A DNA stretch of 64,000 nt from Pirellulales bacterium (lineage in GTDB: Bacteria; Planctomycetota; Planctomycetia; Pirellulales; JAICIG01): NCBI GenBank assembly GCA_040901675.1, contig JBBDYJ010000031.1, positions 185,220-249,219 of the forward strand, written 5' to 3'. The notes under the pieces were generated by a model, which saw nothing but the letters and a program-made list of their open reading frames with translations, did not search any database and was not told the origin of the DNA. This document shows positions 17,802 through 26,857 of this stretch, piece after piece (positions within the stretch are counted from its first letter, which is position 1; the number at the start of each line of letters is the position of its first letter). Position numbers and translations under genes: made by a program.

Positions 17802-18995
17802 ATGGGTTCTTGTCTCCGGCCGGAGTCATCGGCCGCACAACCAGTCGAGCGCGAGGACATCCCGCTGTCTTACGCAAGCTATCCACGTTGCCAGGCCGCC
17901 GCCCGCTGGGCGGCGGCCCTGCTGGCCACGCTCGTTGTGCTGGCGTCGCCGGCCCGCGCGCAGCGGGTGCAGTTCCCCTCGGCGATTGGCCAGGACGGGT
18001 CGGTCTATACCAGCCAGGCCCCGCCGGCGACCTTGGACGGGACGATCGCACCTTCGGCTCCCACTTGGGATCCTTACGCCGACCCGGCGACCCAGCCCCC
18101 GACGTTTTCGCCCTATGGCGGCGGGAACGTGTACGCTCAGCCGGGGCAGTTCGAGTACGGCGGCCAGCCGTGCGCCGACCCGTCTCTGCCGGCATCGACG
18201 CAGTTGTTCCAGGGCTATTACGTGGAGCACACCTGGCTGGCCGGAGACGACGGCACCGACCTGGACATCAACAGCACCGACCTCGGGGCGACTTTTGCTT
18301 TCCCCTTCCTCTACAACGCGGCGCCAATCCTGGTGACTCCCGGTTTCACCTTCCACTTTCTGGATGGCCCGGAGTCCGTCCCGTTCCCCGGCTTTCCGGG
18401 TTCGGCCGACCTGCCGCCGCAGTTGTACGACGCCTATCTCGACACGAGTTGGCGGCCGCAGATCACACCCTGGCTGGGGGCCGACCTGGGTGTGCGGATC
18501 GGCGTGTACAGCGATTTCCAGGAGGTCAACAGCGAGAGCGTGCGGCTGCTGGGACGCGGGCTGGCGATCTTCACGTTTTCGCCCCGCTGGCAGGCGGCTG
18601 CGGGCATCTGGTACCTGGACCGCATGCGCGTCAAGCTCTTGCCGGCCGGCGGCTTGATCTGGACGCCGAACACCGACACGCGGTTCGAGATGTTGTTTCC
18701 CAATCCGAAGCTGGCCCAGCGCTTGACCACCTGGGGCAACGCCGACATCTGGGGTTACGTGGCCGGCGAGTACGGCGGGGGCAACTGGACGATCGAGCGC
18801 GTGGGCGGCGCGCCCGACGAGATCGACTACAACGATCTCCGCCTGATTCTGGGCATCGAGGCGCTGCGTTACCAGGCGATGCGTGGCTACTTCGAGATCG
18901 GCTACGTCTTCGACCGCGAGATCATCTATCGCAGCGGCACCCCCACCGTCGAGCCCGACGACACCGTCATGCTCCGCTTCGGCCTGTCGTACTAG
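17802..18995 (+). CDS. Exported hypothetical protein, probable outer-membrane beta-barrel
   Basis: Signal-like segment, alternating beta strands, C-terminal FGLSY. Start uncertain. Confidence 0.7.
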   Translation: MGSCLRPESSAAQPVEREDIPLSYASYPRCQAAARWAAALLATLVVLASPARAQRVQFPSAIGQDGSVYTSQAPPATLDGTIAPSAPTWDPYADPATQPPTFSPYGGGNVYAQPGQFEYGGQPCADPSLPASTQLFQGYYVEHTWLAGDDGTDLDINSTDLGATFAFPFLYNAAPILVTPGFTFHFLDGPESVPFPGFPGSADLPPQLYDAYLDTSWRPQITPWLGADLGVRIGVYSDFQEVNSESVRLLGRGLAIFTFSPRWQAAAGIWYLDRMRVKLLPAGGLIWTPNTDTRFEMLFPNPKLAQRLTTWGNADIWGYVAGEYGGGNWTIERVGGAPDEIDYNDLRLILGIEALRYQAMRGYFEIGYVFDREIIYRSGTPTVEPDDTVMLRFGLSY

Positions 18996-19088
18996 CTAGC
19001 GACGGAACCTTTCCGAGCCCTGCCCATGACGGACAGGATGGGTAGCCGTGTGGAGCATGTCGGATTGGCGTGGCGGCGGGGGAAAATG

Positions 19089-19150
19089 CGATAACACCAT
19101 GGCGATCAGCGGCCGGCCGAAGGCCGGTCTGCTGCATCGGCTTGTTGGGC
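19089..19150 (-). mobile_element. Integron attC site
   Basis: Minus strand: GCCCAAC aagccg ATGCAGC agaccggcc ttc ggccggcc GCTGAT cgccatggt GTTATCG, giving R'', L'', L' and R' boxes. Confidence 0.8.
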
Positions 19151-19315
19151 AGCCTTCTCTGCCAGTCGCTGCAGAAAAGGGTCCGAGTACTGATGCGCCG
19201 TCAGCCACTGGGCCAGTTCGTCGTAGCTCATTTCGGCTACTTCTGCGCTGAGCCTGTCCCGAATCTGGCGCATGCTCTGGACGCAATCGAAGGTCTTCGA
19301 AGAGGGTTTACTCAT
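19106..19315 (-). CDS. Small partner (putative antitoxin) of the PIN protein
   Basis: MSKPSSKTFDCVQSMRQIRDRLS; overlaps the PIN stop, and its own stop lies inside the attC. Confidence 0.7.
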   Translation of the reverse strand: MSKPSSKTFDCVQSMRQIRDRLSAEVAEMSYDELAQWLTAHQYSDPFLQRLAEKAAQQADAADRPSAGR

Positions 19316-19766
19316 CGCCTGGAACCTCCCGGGGAGTTCGAATCTCGAGAAGGGGATACCCTTTCTTGAGGTTGACGGCATTGTACGCGTGGATTCGCTT
19401 CAGGTTGACGATGTGCTTGAAGTTCCAACTGACGAGGACGTCTACTCGAGCCACGGTGGCCAGGGCGATGTGCAGGGCATCTGCGCGCATCCGTGCGCCG
19501 ATAGCGCCGTCGTCGATGTAGGCAACCGCGAGCTCCTCCGCCTCTGGGGACAGCGAAAGGATCTCGATGTACGCCTGCGGCACTCGCCCGACGACCATCC
19601 TGACTCCTTCGGGAGCGCTCTCGAGTTCGCGCAAAGTGAGCTCAGACAGCACGAGAGTCAGTTCGCCGCGTACGAATGCCTCAAGCAAACGACGAGAGGG
19701 GTCGCGGAACTGGTCATCTTCGCAGCCGCCCAGCACGGAGGTGTCCGTGTAGATCCGAAGCTTCAT
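19308..19766 (-). CDS. PIN-domain (VapC-like) protein, gene cassette
   Basis: RIYTDTSVLGG, ADALHIALA, LVSWNFKHIVN. Confidence 0.9.
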   Translation of the reverse strand: MKLRIYTDTSVLGGCEDDQFRDPSRRLLEAFVRGELTLVLSELTLRELESAPEGVRMVVGRVPQAYIEILSLSPEAEELAVAYIDDGAIGARMRADALHIALATVARVDVLVSWNFKHIVNLKRIHAYNAVNLKKGYPLLEIRTPREVPGDE

Positions 19767-19827
19767 GGTCCCATTCTACTCGCAGTCATGGTGACGCACA
19801 CGACCCTTTCTTCATCCGCCTTCATCT

Positions 19828-19891
19828 GCCGAACGCTCACTTGACCGGCCGCGGCGAGCGAATGCGATCCAGCGGTCCGGCTCGTCAGGGC
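19828..19891 (-). mobile_element. Degenerate attC site directly after the intI stop
   Basis: Minus strand: gagccggaccgc..gcggccggtc stem with extrahelical bases, ending GTTCGGC. The R'' box is eroded. Confidence 0.55.
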
Positions 19892-20058
19892 GGTGCCTGT
19901 CGCAGCAGATCGGCCGGACTGCGGACGCCGCGCCCGCCGCGGTTCAAAACGTGCGTGTAGATCATGGTCGTGCGGACGTCCTTGTGGCCAAGCAACTCCT
20001 GGACCGTGCGGATATTGTAACCTGCAACAAGCAGGTGCGTGGCGAAGGAATGCCGAAA
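19885..20058 (-). pseudogene. intI: C-terminal fragment of an integron integrase
   Basis: [50 protein letters not shown] is the characteristic IntI C-terminus. Confidence 0.85.
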
Positions 20059-20292
20059 CGCAAGGGATTTCTGCGTCACCGTCGCGAAGGGATGAAATGC
20101 ATCTACCGCCCGACGCAGTCGCAGGAATCGGCCAGCCGCTTCGCGCTGTCGCACGTGATGAACACGTTCTTTCAGGGATCGGCAGCCGACACGGTGGCGG
20201 CGGTCTTTGATGTATCGTCGAGCGATCCAAGCGACGAAGAACTTGATCGGCTTGAACAAGTCATCGAGCGGACGCGAAAGGAGGGACGATAA
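20059..20292 (+). pseudogene. C-terminal fragment of a BlaI/MecI/CopY repressor
   Basis: [36 protein letters not shown]; 5' end missing and abutting the intI fragment. Confidence 0.75.
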
Positions 20293-20595
20293 TGTCCTCT
20301 TTTCTGGGCATTCTAGCCGGCCATTGAGCCTCGCTGCCACCCGTCTTGCGACGCGCCTAACGGCCACTTACACTTGAACCGTGGTCCAGTCGGCCAACTG
20401 ATCCGGCGCAGGGCCGCCCTCGCCCTGATTTCCCCCTAGATGAAGGATCGGCCGAAAAATGGCTTCGTCACGCGGGATTGACGGCATCCGGCACGGTGGA
20501 AACAGTTTGCTCTAGCCAACCGATTGTCTCGCGGATGCCGGTCAATCCAAATTCAAAATCGAAAACCCGACAATCTAAACCCCCTGGTGGCTTCG

Positions 20596-23500
20596 ATGCT
20601 TCGATCGTTCTGGGCTCTCGGTCTGTCCGCACTGGCATTGCTGGCTGCGATTCCAGCGGTGAATGCCGACGAACCGGCCTATCCGGCGTCGCTGGTGGCG
20701 CCTACGGAGCCGCTCACGCCGGAGCAACAGCGGACAAAGTTTCGCCTGCCGCCGGGTTTCGAGATCCAGCTCGTGGCCAGCGAGCCGGATATCCATAAGC
20801 CGATGAACATGAACTTCGATGCCCAGGGCAGGCTGTACGTCACCAGCTCGCTGGAATACCCCTATCCGGCCGGGGAAGGCAGCCCGCACCGCGACGCTTT
20901 GCACGTCCTGGTCGACGAGAACGGAGATGGCCGGGCCGACCGGGTGACGCGACTTGTCGACGGCTTGAACATTCCCCTCGGCGTGACGCCCATCGATGGC
21001 GGCGTTTTGTACTACAGCATTCCCAATATCTATCGGACCCCGCCCGACGGCGGGCCGCACGAAAAGAGCGAACTGGCCTACAGCGAGTTCGGATATCGCG
21101 ACACGCATGGCATGGCCAACTCGTTCACGCGTTGGATCGACGGCTGGATCTATGCCTGCCACGGGTTTGCCAACGACTCGCAAGTGGCCGGCCAGGATGG
21201 GCACCAGGTGACCATGCACTCCGGCAACACGTTTCGCATGCGGGCCGACGGTTCGCGCGTCGAGCAGTACACGCATGGCCAGGTCAACCCGTTCGGCCTG
21301 GCCTTCGATCCGCTGGGCAACCTGTTTTCCGCCGACTGCCACACGCTGCCCATCTACCAGTTGCTGCGCGGGGCCTGGTATCCCAGCTTCGGCAAGCCGC
21401 ACGATGGGCTGGGGTTCGGCCCGACCATGATCGGACACGACCATGGTTCCACCGGCATCGGCGGCGTGGTCTATTACGCGGCCGATCATTTTCCGGCCGA
21501 GTACCGCGACACCGTCTTCATCGGCAACCCGGTGACCGGCAAAGTCAACCGCGACCGGCTTGAAGTCCACGGCTCGACGTTCAAGGCGATCGAGCAGCCC
21601 GACTTCATCGCTTGCGACGACCCCTGGTTCCGCCCCGTCGATCTCCAGTTGGGCCCGGACGGAGCGCTCTACGTGGCCGATTTCTATAACTGCATCATCG
21701 GCCACTACGAAGTGCCACTGACGCACCCCCGCCGCGACCGCCACCGCGGCCGCATCTGGCGCGTCGTCTATACCGGCGGCCAGACAAAGCCGGCCACCAC
21801 CATCCCCGACTTGACGCGGCTGCCGGCCGAGAAGCTCGTCGAGTTGCTCGGCACCGACAACCTCACACTGCGCGTGCTGGCCACGGAAGCGTTGGTTGGG
21901 CGGTCCGCCTCCGGCGGCAAGCTGCCGGACGGCCTGTTGCCCCATGGCGACGACAGCCAGCCAAGCGCCTGGCGGCGGGCTCACGGCATGTGGGTGGCCG
22001 AGCGGCTGAAGGGGCTCGACGACGCGGCCGTCGAGCGGCTGGCCGGCGACCCATCGGCCCTGGTGCGAGTACACCTGGTCAAGCTGCTGGCCGAGCGGCC
22101 CGATTGGAATGCCTCGGACCTCGACATCGCCCTCCTGGTGCGGTCCAAGCTGGCCGACCCCGATGCCTTTGTGCGCCGCGCGGCGGCCGACTCCCTGGGC
22201 CGCCATCCCGACCCGGCCAACCTGCCGCTGCTGCTCGATCTCTGGTCGTCGACGCCGGCCGAGGACACGCACCTGGTGCACGTGGCGCGGATGGCACTGC
22301 GCGACCAGTTGCTGGCACCGTCGATGTATGCCGCCGCCCAGGAGCTGATGGCGCAAGACGACTCGTACCGCGGCCGGCTGGCCGAGGTGAGCCTGGGCGT
22401 TCACACGCCGGCGGCCGCCGAGTTTCTGCTGGCCTGCCTGGCGGACGACCGGCTCGGCGGGGCGTCCCTTGGCTCTGCCGTATACGAGGCGGCCCGCTAC
22501 GCCGCGGAGAACAAGCTGGGCAACGTCTTCCAGGTGGCCGAAGGGCTCGATCTGCGGCCGAACGAACAGCGCGAGGTGCTGCTGGCGCTGCACCGCGCCG
22601 TGCAGAGCCGGGGGCGAGCACTGCCGGAAACGACTCTCGGCTGGGCGGGCCGGCTGGCGAAACAACTGCTGGCCGACGATCGGCCGGGCCGTGTGCAGGG
22701 CGGGATCGAGCTGGCCCGCGAGCTGCGGCTGGGACTGTACGACGAGCTTCATCAGATAGCGGCAGCCGGCTCCCGCTTCGCCAACTTGCGGTCTGCCGCC
22801 ATTGACGCCTGCATGGCCAACGAACCGGTGCGATCGGTCGGGCTATTGAGCGAGATCATCGGCGACGCCGGCGAGCCGATGGCGCTGCGGCAGAAGGCCA
22901 GCGCATCGCTGGCCGGCATCAACGACCCAGCGGCCCAGGGCGAGCTGACAAGGCACTTGCTGGCTGCGCCGGAGCGATTGGCGGTGGAAATCGCCGCGGG
23001 TCTTGCCTTGCGGCCCGAAGGGGCCCATACGCTGCTGGACCAGGTGCAGGCGGGCAAGGCGTCGCCGCGGCTGTTGCAGGAGCGCGTGGTCCAGGAGCGC
23101 TTGCGGGCCATCAACCGCCGCGAGTTGGACCAGCGGCTCAGCGAGTTGACGGCGAATCTGCCCCCTGCCGATGAACGGATCCGGCAGCTCATCCATCAGC
23201 GGAGGGAGGCTTTTGCCGCAGCCGAGACGAATGCGGACCAGGGGCGGGTGGTGTTCAAGAAGACGTGTGCGGCCTGTCATAGACTGAATGGCGAAGGGAC
23301 GAAGATCGGTCCGGACCTGGAGGGGATCGGACTTCGCGGCGCCGACCGTTTACTGGAAGACATGCTCGACCCGAGCCGCAACGTGGACCAGGCTTTCCGC
23401 AGCACGGTGCTGACCACCGTGAATGGCGACAGCATCTCGGGCCTGTTGTTGCAGGAAGAGGGGGAGGTGCTGGTGTTGGCCGATGCCGAGGGCAAGGAGG

Positions 23501-23643
23501 TGCGTGTCCCCGCGTCCGACATCGACGAGCGGAGCCTGACGCAGCTTTCGCCCATGCCCGGCAACGTGGCCGACCTCGTCAAGGACGAGGAGTTCTTTAA
23601 CCTGCTGGCGTATTTGCTCGAACAACGTCAGAAGGAGGAGTGA
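20596..23643 (+). CDS. PVC-type membrane-bound dehydrogenase-like protein: beta-propeller, HEAT repeats, cytochrome c
   Basis: FRLPPGFEIQLVASEP, FRPVD..GPDGALYVADFY, CAACH..GPDL..SPMP. Confidence 0.9.
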   Translation: MLRSFWALGLSALALLAAIPAVNADEPAYPASLVAPTEPLTPEQQRTKFRLPPGFEIQLVASEPDIHKPMNMNFDAQGRLYVTSSLEYPYPAGEGSPHRDALHVLVDENGDGRADRVTRLVDGLNIPLGVTPIDGGVLYYSIPNIYRTPPDGGPHEKSELAYSEFGYRDTHGMANSFTRWIDGWIYACHGFANDSQVAGQDGHQVTMHSGNTFRMRADGSRVEQYTHGQVNPFGLAFDPLGNLFSADCHTLPIYQLLRGAWYPSFGKPHDGLGFGPTMIGHDHGSTGIGGVVYYAADHFPAEYRDTVFIGNPVTGKVNRDRLEVHGSTFKAIEQPDFIACDDPWFRPVDLQLGPDGALYVADFYNCIIGHYEVPLTHPRRDRHRGRIWRVVYTGGQTKPATTIPDLTRLPAEKLVELLGTDNLTLRVLATEALVGRSASGGKLPDGLLPHGDDSQPSAWRRAHGMWVAERLKGLDDAAVERLAGDPSALVRVHLVKLLAERPDWNASDLDIALLVRSKLADPDAFVRRAAADSLGRHPDPANLPLLLDLWSSTPAEDTHLVHVARMALRDQLLAPSMYAAAQELMAQDDSYRGRLAEVSLGVHTPAAAEFLLACLADDRLGGASLGSAVYEAARYAAENKLGNVFQVAEGLDLRPNEQREVLLALHRAVQSRGRALPETTLGWAGRLAKQLLADDRPGRVQGGIELARELRLGLYDELHQIAAAGSRFANLRSAAIDACMANEPVRSVGLLSEIIGDAGEPMALRQKASASLAGINDPAAQGELTRHLLAAPERLAVEIAAGLALRPEGAHTLLDQVQAGKASPRLLQERVVQERLRAINRRELDQRLSELTANLPPADERIRQLIHQRREAFAAAETNADQGRVVFKKTCAACHRLNGEGTKIGPDLEGIGLRGADRLLEDMLDPSRNVDQAFRSTVLTTVNGDSISGLLLQEEGEVLVLADAEGKEVRVPASDIDERSLTQLSPMPGNVADLVKDEEFFNLLAYLLEQRQKEE

Positions 23644-23670
23644 GGACCGACAAATCAATTCCGAGGACTA

Positions 23671-23895
23671 ATGAAGGAGATTAAACCGATGAAGGCGCCG
23701 CCAGACACCGTCCTTGACGAATTGCACTCAATTCGTCGCCGATTGCTCCAGCAGCATGGCGGAATCGCTGGCTTAGCCGCCTTCCTGCGTCAGGAAGAAG
23801 CAAAATCCGGGGAGCAGATCGTGGAACCAACCTGCGATGCCGAGCCTGAAAAACCCATTCGCCGAAGCCGGAATCGGCGTGTTGTGGACGGTTAG
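23671..23895 (+). CDS. Small hypothetical protein (resembles partners of PIN toxins)
   Basis: DTVLDELHSIRRRLL; RBS GAGGA. Confidence 0.55.
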   Translation: MKEIKPMKAPPDTVLDELHSIRRRLLQQHGGIAGLAAFLRQEEAKSGEQIVEPTCDAEPEKPIRRSRNRRVVDG

Positions 23896-23979
23896 GGCTG
23901 TCCGATGATCACGAACCCAGAATCGTGGATTATCGCCCCACGCTCAACGCCATAATCCGCCCTCTTCACCGCCGGACCT

Positions 23980-24050
23980 CTTCGTCTCCTCGTCTCCTCG
24001 TCGCTTTGTCGTTCGCCTTGTCGCCATGTCCCCTTGTCGCCTTGTCGCTC
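23980..24050. repeat. Heptamer/short tandem repeat tract (ccttgtc-type)
   Basis: tcgtctcctcgtctcctcgtc..ccttgtcgccatgtccccttgtcgccttgtcgc. Confidence 0.75.
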
Positions 24051-24057
24051 GCCGCTC

Positions 24058-24930
24058 TCAGCGGCGAAGGGCCCGCTCGGTGGCGGCGCCCATGTCGGCG
24101 GGGCTTTCGGCCACCTCGATGCCGGCGGCCTGGAGGGCGGCGACTTTTTCGGCCGCGGTTCCCTTGCCGCCGGAGATGATCGCCCCGGCGTGGCCCATCC
24201 GCTTGCCCGGAGGCGCGGCGCGGCCGGCGATGAAGGCCGCCACCGGCTTGGTGACGCGCTGGCGGACAAAGGCCGCCGCCTCTTCCTCGGCGGTGCCGCC
24301 AATCTCGCCTATCATCAGGATGGCTTCGGTGGCCGGGTCGGCCTCGAAGCGCGCCAGCAGATCGACGAACGAAGTGCCCACGATCGGATCGCCGCCGATT
24401 CCCACGCACGTCGACTGGCCCAGCCCCAGGTTGGTCAACTGCCAGACGGCCTCATACGTCAGCGTGCCGGAGCGGCTGATGACTCCCACCGGACCCTTGC
24501 GGTGGATGTAGCCGGGCATGATGCCGATCTTGCACTCATCGGGAGTGATTACGCCCGGGCAGTTGGGGCCGACCAGCGTCGAGTTGCTTTGCCGCACGAG
24601 CGGGTAAATCCGCGTCATGTCCAGCACGGGGACGCCTTCGGTAATGGCGATCACCGTCTTGATCCCGGCGTCAACCGCCTCCAGGATGGCGTCGGCGGTG
24701 AATGCCGGCGGCACGAAGATCATCGTGGCGTCGGCGCCGGTCTTTGCGACCGCCTCGACCACCGTGTCGAACACCGGCAGCCCCAGCACGGCTTGGCCCC
24801 CTTTGCCCGGCGTCACGCCGCCGACCATCTTCGTGCCGTACTCCAGGCAGCCCTTGGTATGGAACTGCCCAACCCGGCCCGTGATCCCCTGGCAAATCAC
24901 CCGCGTGTTCTTATCGATCAGTATGCTCAT
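24058..24930 (-). CDS. sucD: Succinyl-CoA synthetase alpha subunit
   Basis: [26 protein letters not shown]. Confidence 0.98.
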   Translation of the reverse strand: MSILIDKNTRVICQGITGRVGQFHTKGCLEYGTKMVGGVTPGKGGQAVLGLPVFDTVVEAVAKTGADATMIFVPPAFTADAILEAVDAGIKTVIAITEGVPVLDMTRIYPLVRQSNSTLVGPNCPGVITPDECKIGIMPGYIHRKGPVGVISRSGTLTYEAVWQLTNLGLGQSTCVGIGGDPIVGTSFVDLLARFEADPATEAILMIGEIGGTAEEEAAAFVRQRVTKPVAAFIAGRAAPPGKRMGHAGAIISGGKGTAAEKVAALQAAGIEVAESPADMGAATERALRR

Positions 24931-24999
24931 GATGACTGTTCGAGGACCATCTCGCGTTGTTCTCGGTGTTCATCGCTATCCGCGGCGGATGTCAATCGC

Positions 25000-26184
25000 T
25001 CAAGCGGCAGCCGCCACGACTTTCCTGGCTGCGTCGGTCAGGTCTTCCGCGGAAATAATGTCCAGATCGCTCGTGGAGAGGATCTTGCGGCCCTCTTCGA
25101 CCTCGGTCCCTTCCAGCCGCACGACCAGCGGCACGTTGAACCCGACCGACTTGTAGGCCTCCAGGATGGCGGCTGCGATCGTGGTGCAACGCATGATGCC
25201 GCCAAAAATGTTCACCAGCACGGCCTTGACGTTCTTGTCGGAGAGCAGGATCTGGAAGGCCTCGGTGACCTGCTCGACGTTGGCCCCGCCGCCGACGTCG
25301 AGAAAATTGGCCGGCGAGCCGCCGTGCAGCTTGATCAGGTCCATGGTGCTCATCGCCAGGCCGGCGCCGTTGACCAGGCAGCCGATGTTGCCATCGAGCT
25401 TGACGTAGCTGAGACCGGCGTTGGCGGCCCGCACCTCGGCGGGGTCCTCCTCCGACAGGTCGCGCAGCTCGGCCAGCGCCTTGTGGCGGAACAGGGCGTT
25501 GTCGTCGAAGGTCATCTTGGCGTCGAGCGCCAGCAAGTCGCCGGCTCCCGTGACCACCAGCGGATTGACTTCCAGCAGGCTGCAATCGTTCTGGACGAAG
25601 ACGCGGCAGAGGCCCTTCATGAATTGTTCGGCCGAGGCGATGCTGGCGCCCCGCAGGTCGAGGCGGGCGGCCAGCTTGCGGGCCTGGTAGCCGGCCAGGC
25701 CGCGGTCGGGCTGAAACGATTCCTTGAAGATCAGCTCGGGGGTTTTGGCGGCCACGTCTTCGATGTTCATCCCGCCCTGCGCGGAGACCATCAGCACGGG
25801 TCCGGATGAGGCCCGGTCGACCACGATGCCCAGGTAGAGCTCGCGGGCGATGTCGCAGCCCTCTTCGACCAGCACGTGGCGGACGGTTTGCCCTTCGGGG
25901 CCGGTCTGGATGGTGACCAGCGGCTGGCCCAGCAGGTTGCCGGCGACTTGCGAGGCCTGCTCGGCGCTCTTGACCAGTTGCACGCCATGCTGGGCGGGGT
26001 TGGTCTTGATCGTGCCTTTTCCGCGGCCCCCCGCATGGATCTGCGCCTTGACGACGGCCAGCTTTCCGCCCAATTGCTTGAAGGCCTGGGCCGCCTCCTG
26101 GGGCGTGCTGGCGACGATGCCGCGCGGCACCGGGACGCCGGCTTCGCGGAGGACTTGCTTGGCCTGGAACTCGTGTATTTTCAT
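25000..26184 (-). CDS. sucC: Succinyl-CoA synthetase beta subunit
   Basis: [36 protein letters not shown]. Confidence 0.98.
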   Translation of the reverse strand: MKIHEFQAKQVLREAGVPVPRGIVASTPQEAAQAFKQLGGKLAVVKAQIHAGGRGKGTIKTNPAQHGVQLVKSAEQASQVAGNLLGQPLVTIQTGPEGQTVRHVLVEEGCDIARELYLGIVVDRASSGPVLMVSAQGGMNIEDVAAKTPELIFKESFQPDRGLAGYQARKLAARLDLRGASIASAEQFMKGLCRVFVQNDCSLLEVNPLVVTGAGDLLALDAKMTFDDNALFRHKALAELRDLSEEDPAEVRAANAGLSYVKLDGNIGCLVNGAGLAMSTMDLIKLHGGSPANFLDVGGGANVEQVTEAFQILLSDKNVKAVLVNIFGGIMRCTTIAAAILEAYKSVGFNVPLVVRLEGTEVEEGRKILSTSDLDIISAEDLTDAARKVVAAAA

Positions 26185-26352
26185 GCTCTGCTCCCCAAGC
26201 CGCGGCGGGCCGGTATTGCTCGCTATGCTCCAGCGGGCCTCACGCAGGCCGGGGATTATAGGTCCCGCGCGAAGCGATGGTCAAGCAGCGCCGAGTCCCT
26301 TGCGGCCTCAAGGCAATTGATACTTGTCACGAAAGTCGCCTATAGTTCGGAT

Positions 26353-26606
26353 ATGGGCGAGGAATCACGCAAGCACCGAGATCGGTATGACGTCTCGGGT
26401 AACGCCGAGGCCCAGTACGCCGACGAAAACGAGACGGTCCTCGTGAACAAGAAGGGACTGGGCGTCCGCTCCTCAGATACGATCAGAGCGATCAGGGGCG
26501 CGAGCGGTACATCCATGCCGCGAGCATGGCCTTCAGGAAGGACTATCGTCCGATGGTGGAGGTGATTCGGCAGGCTCTGGCCCCGCGCCGGCGGAAAGAG
26601 CTTTGA
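26353..26606 (+). pseudogene. Fic-family toxin with the catalytic core deleted
   Basis: N-terminus MGEESRKHRDRYDVSGNAEAQYADENETVLVNKKGL is joined out of frame at ~26460 to a C-terminal piece RPLLRYDQ..RYIHAASMAFRKDYRPMVEVIRQAL. No HPFxxGNGR motif. Promoter TTGATA-18-TATAGT at 26317-26346. Confidence 0.65.
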
Positions 26607-26769
26607 GTTGCTCCAGGATCCGCAAGCGCGTCTCCGCTTGGAACGGCGGAAGCCCTTCGATGACGCTGTTTCGCTCGACCACATCCAGGATGCTCTCCCA
26701 GCGCTGGGCATCGTCCCGCAGCCACGGGCAGGCATCCTTCAGAACCGGGCCCTTTCCGAAGTCTTTCAT
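26533..26769 (-). CDS. Putative Fic antitoxin (VbhA-like inhibitory motif), convergent to the fic remnant
   Basis: ERNSVIEGL resembles (S/T)xxxE(G/N). TGnTATAAT lies 6 nt before the ATG. Confidence 0.55.
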   Translation of the reverse strand: MKDFGKGPVLKDACPWLRDDAQRWESILDVVERNSVIEGLPPFQAETRLRILEQLKALSAGAGPEPAESPPPSDDSPS

Positions 26770-26857
26770 GACGTAATTATACCATGCCGGCGATTCAGAT
26801 GGGTGGTGATCCTCGTCTTGCTAGAGAGCCGGGCTCGCCTAGCCTGCCTGGCTGCTC

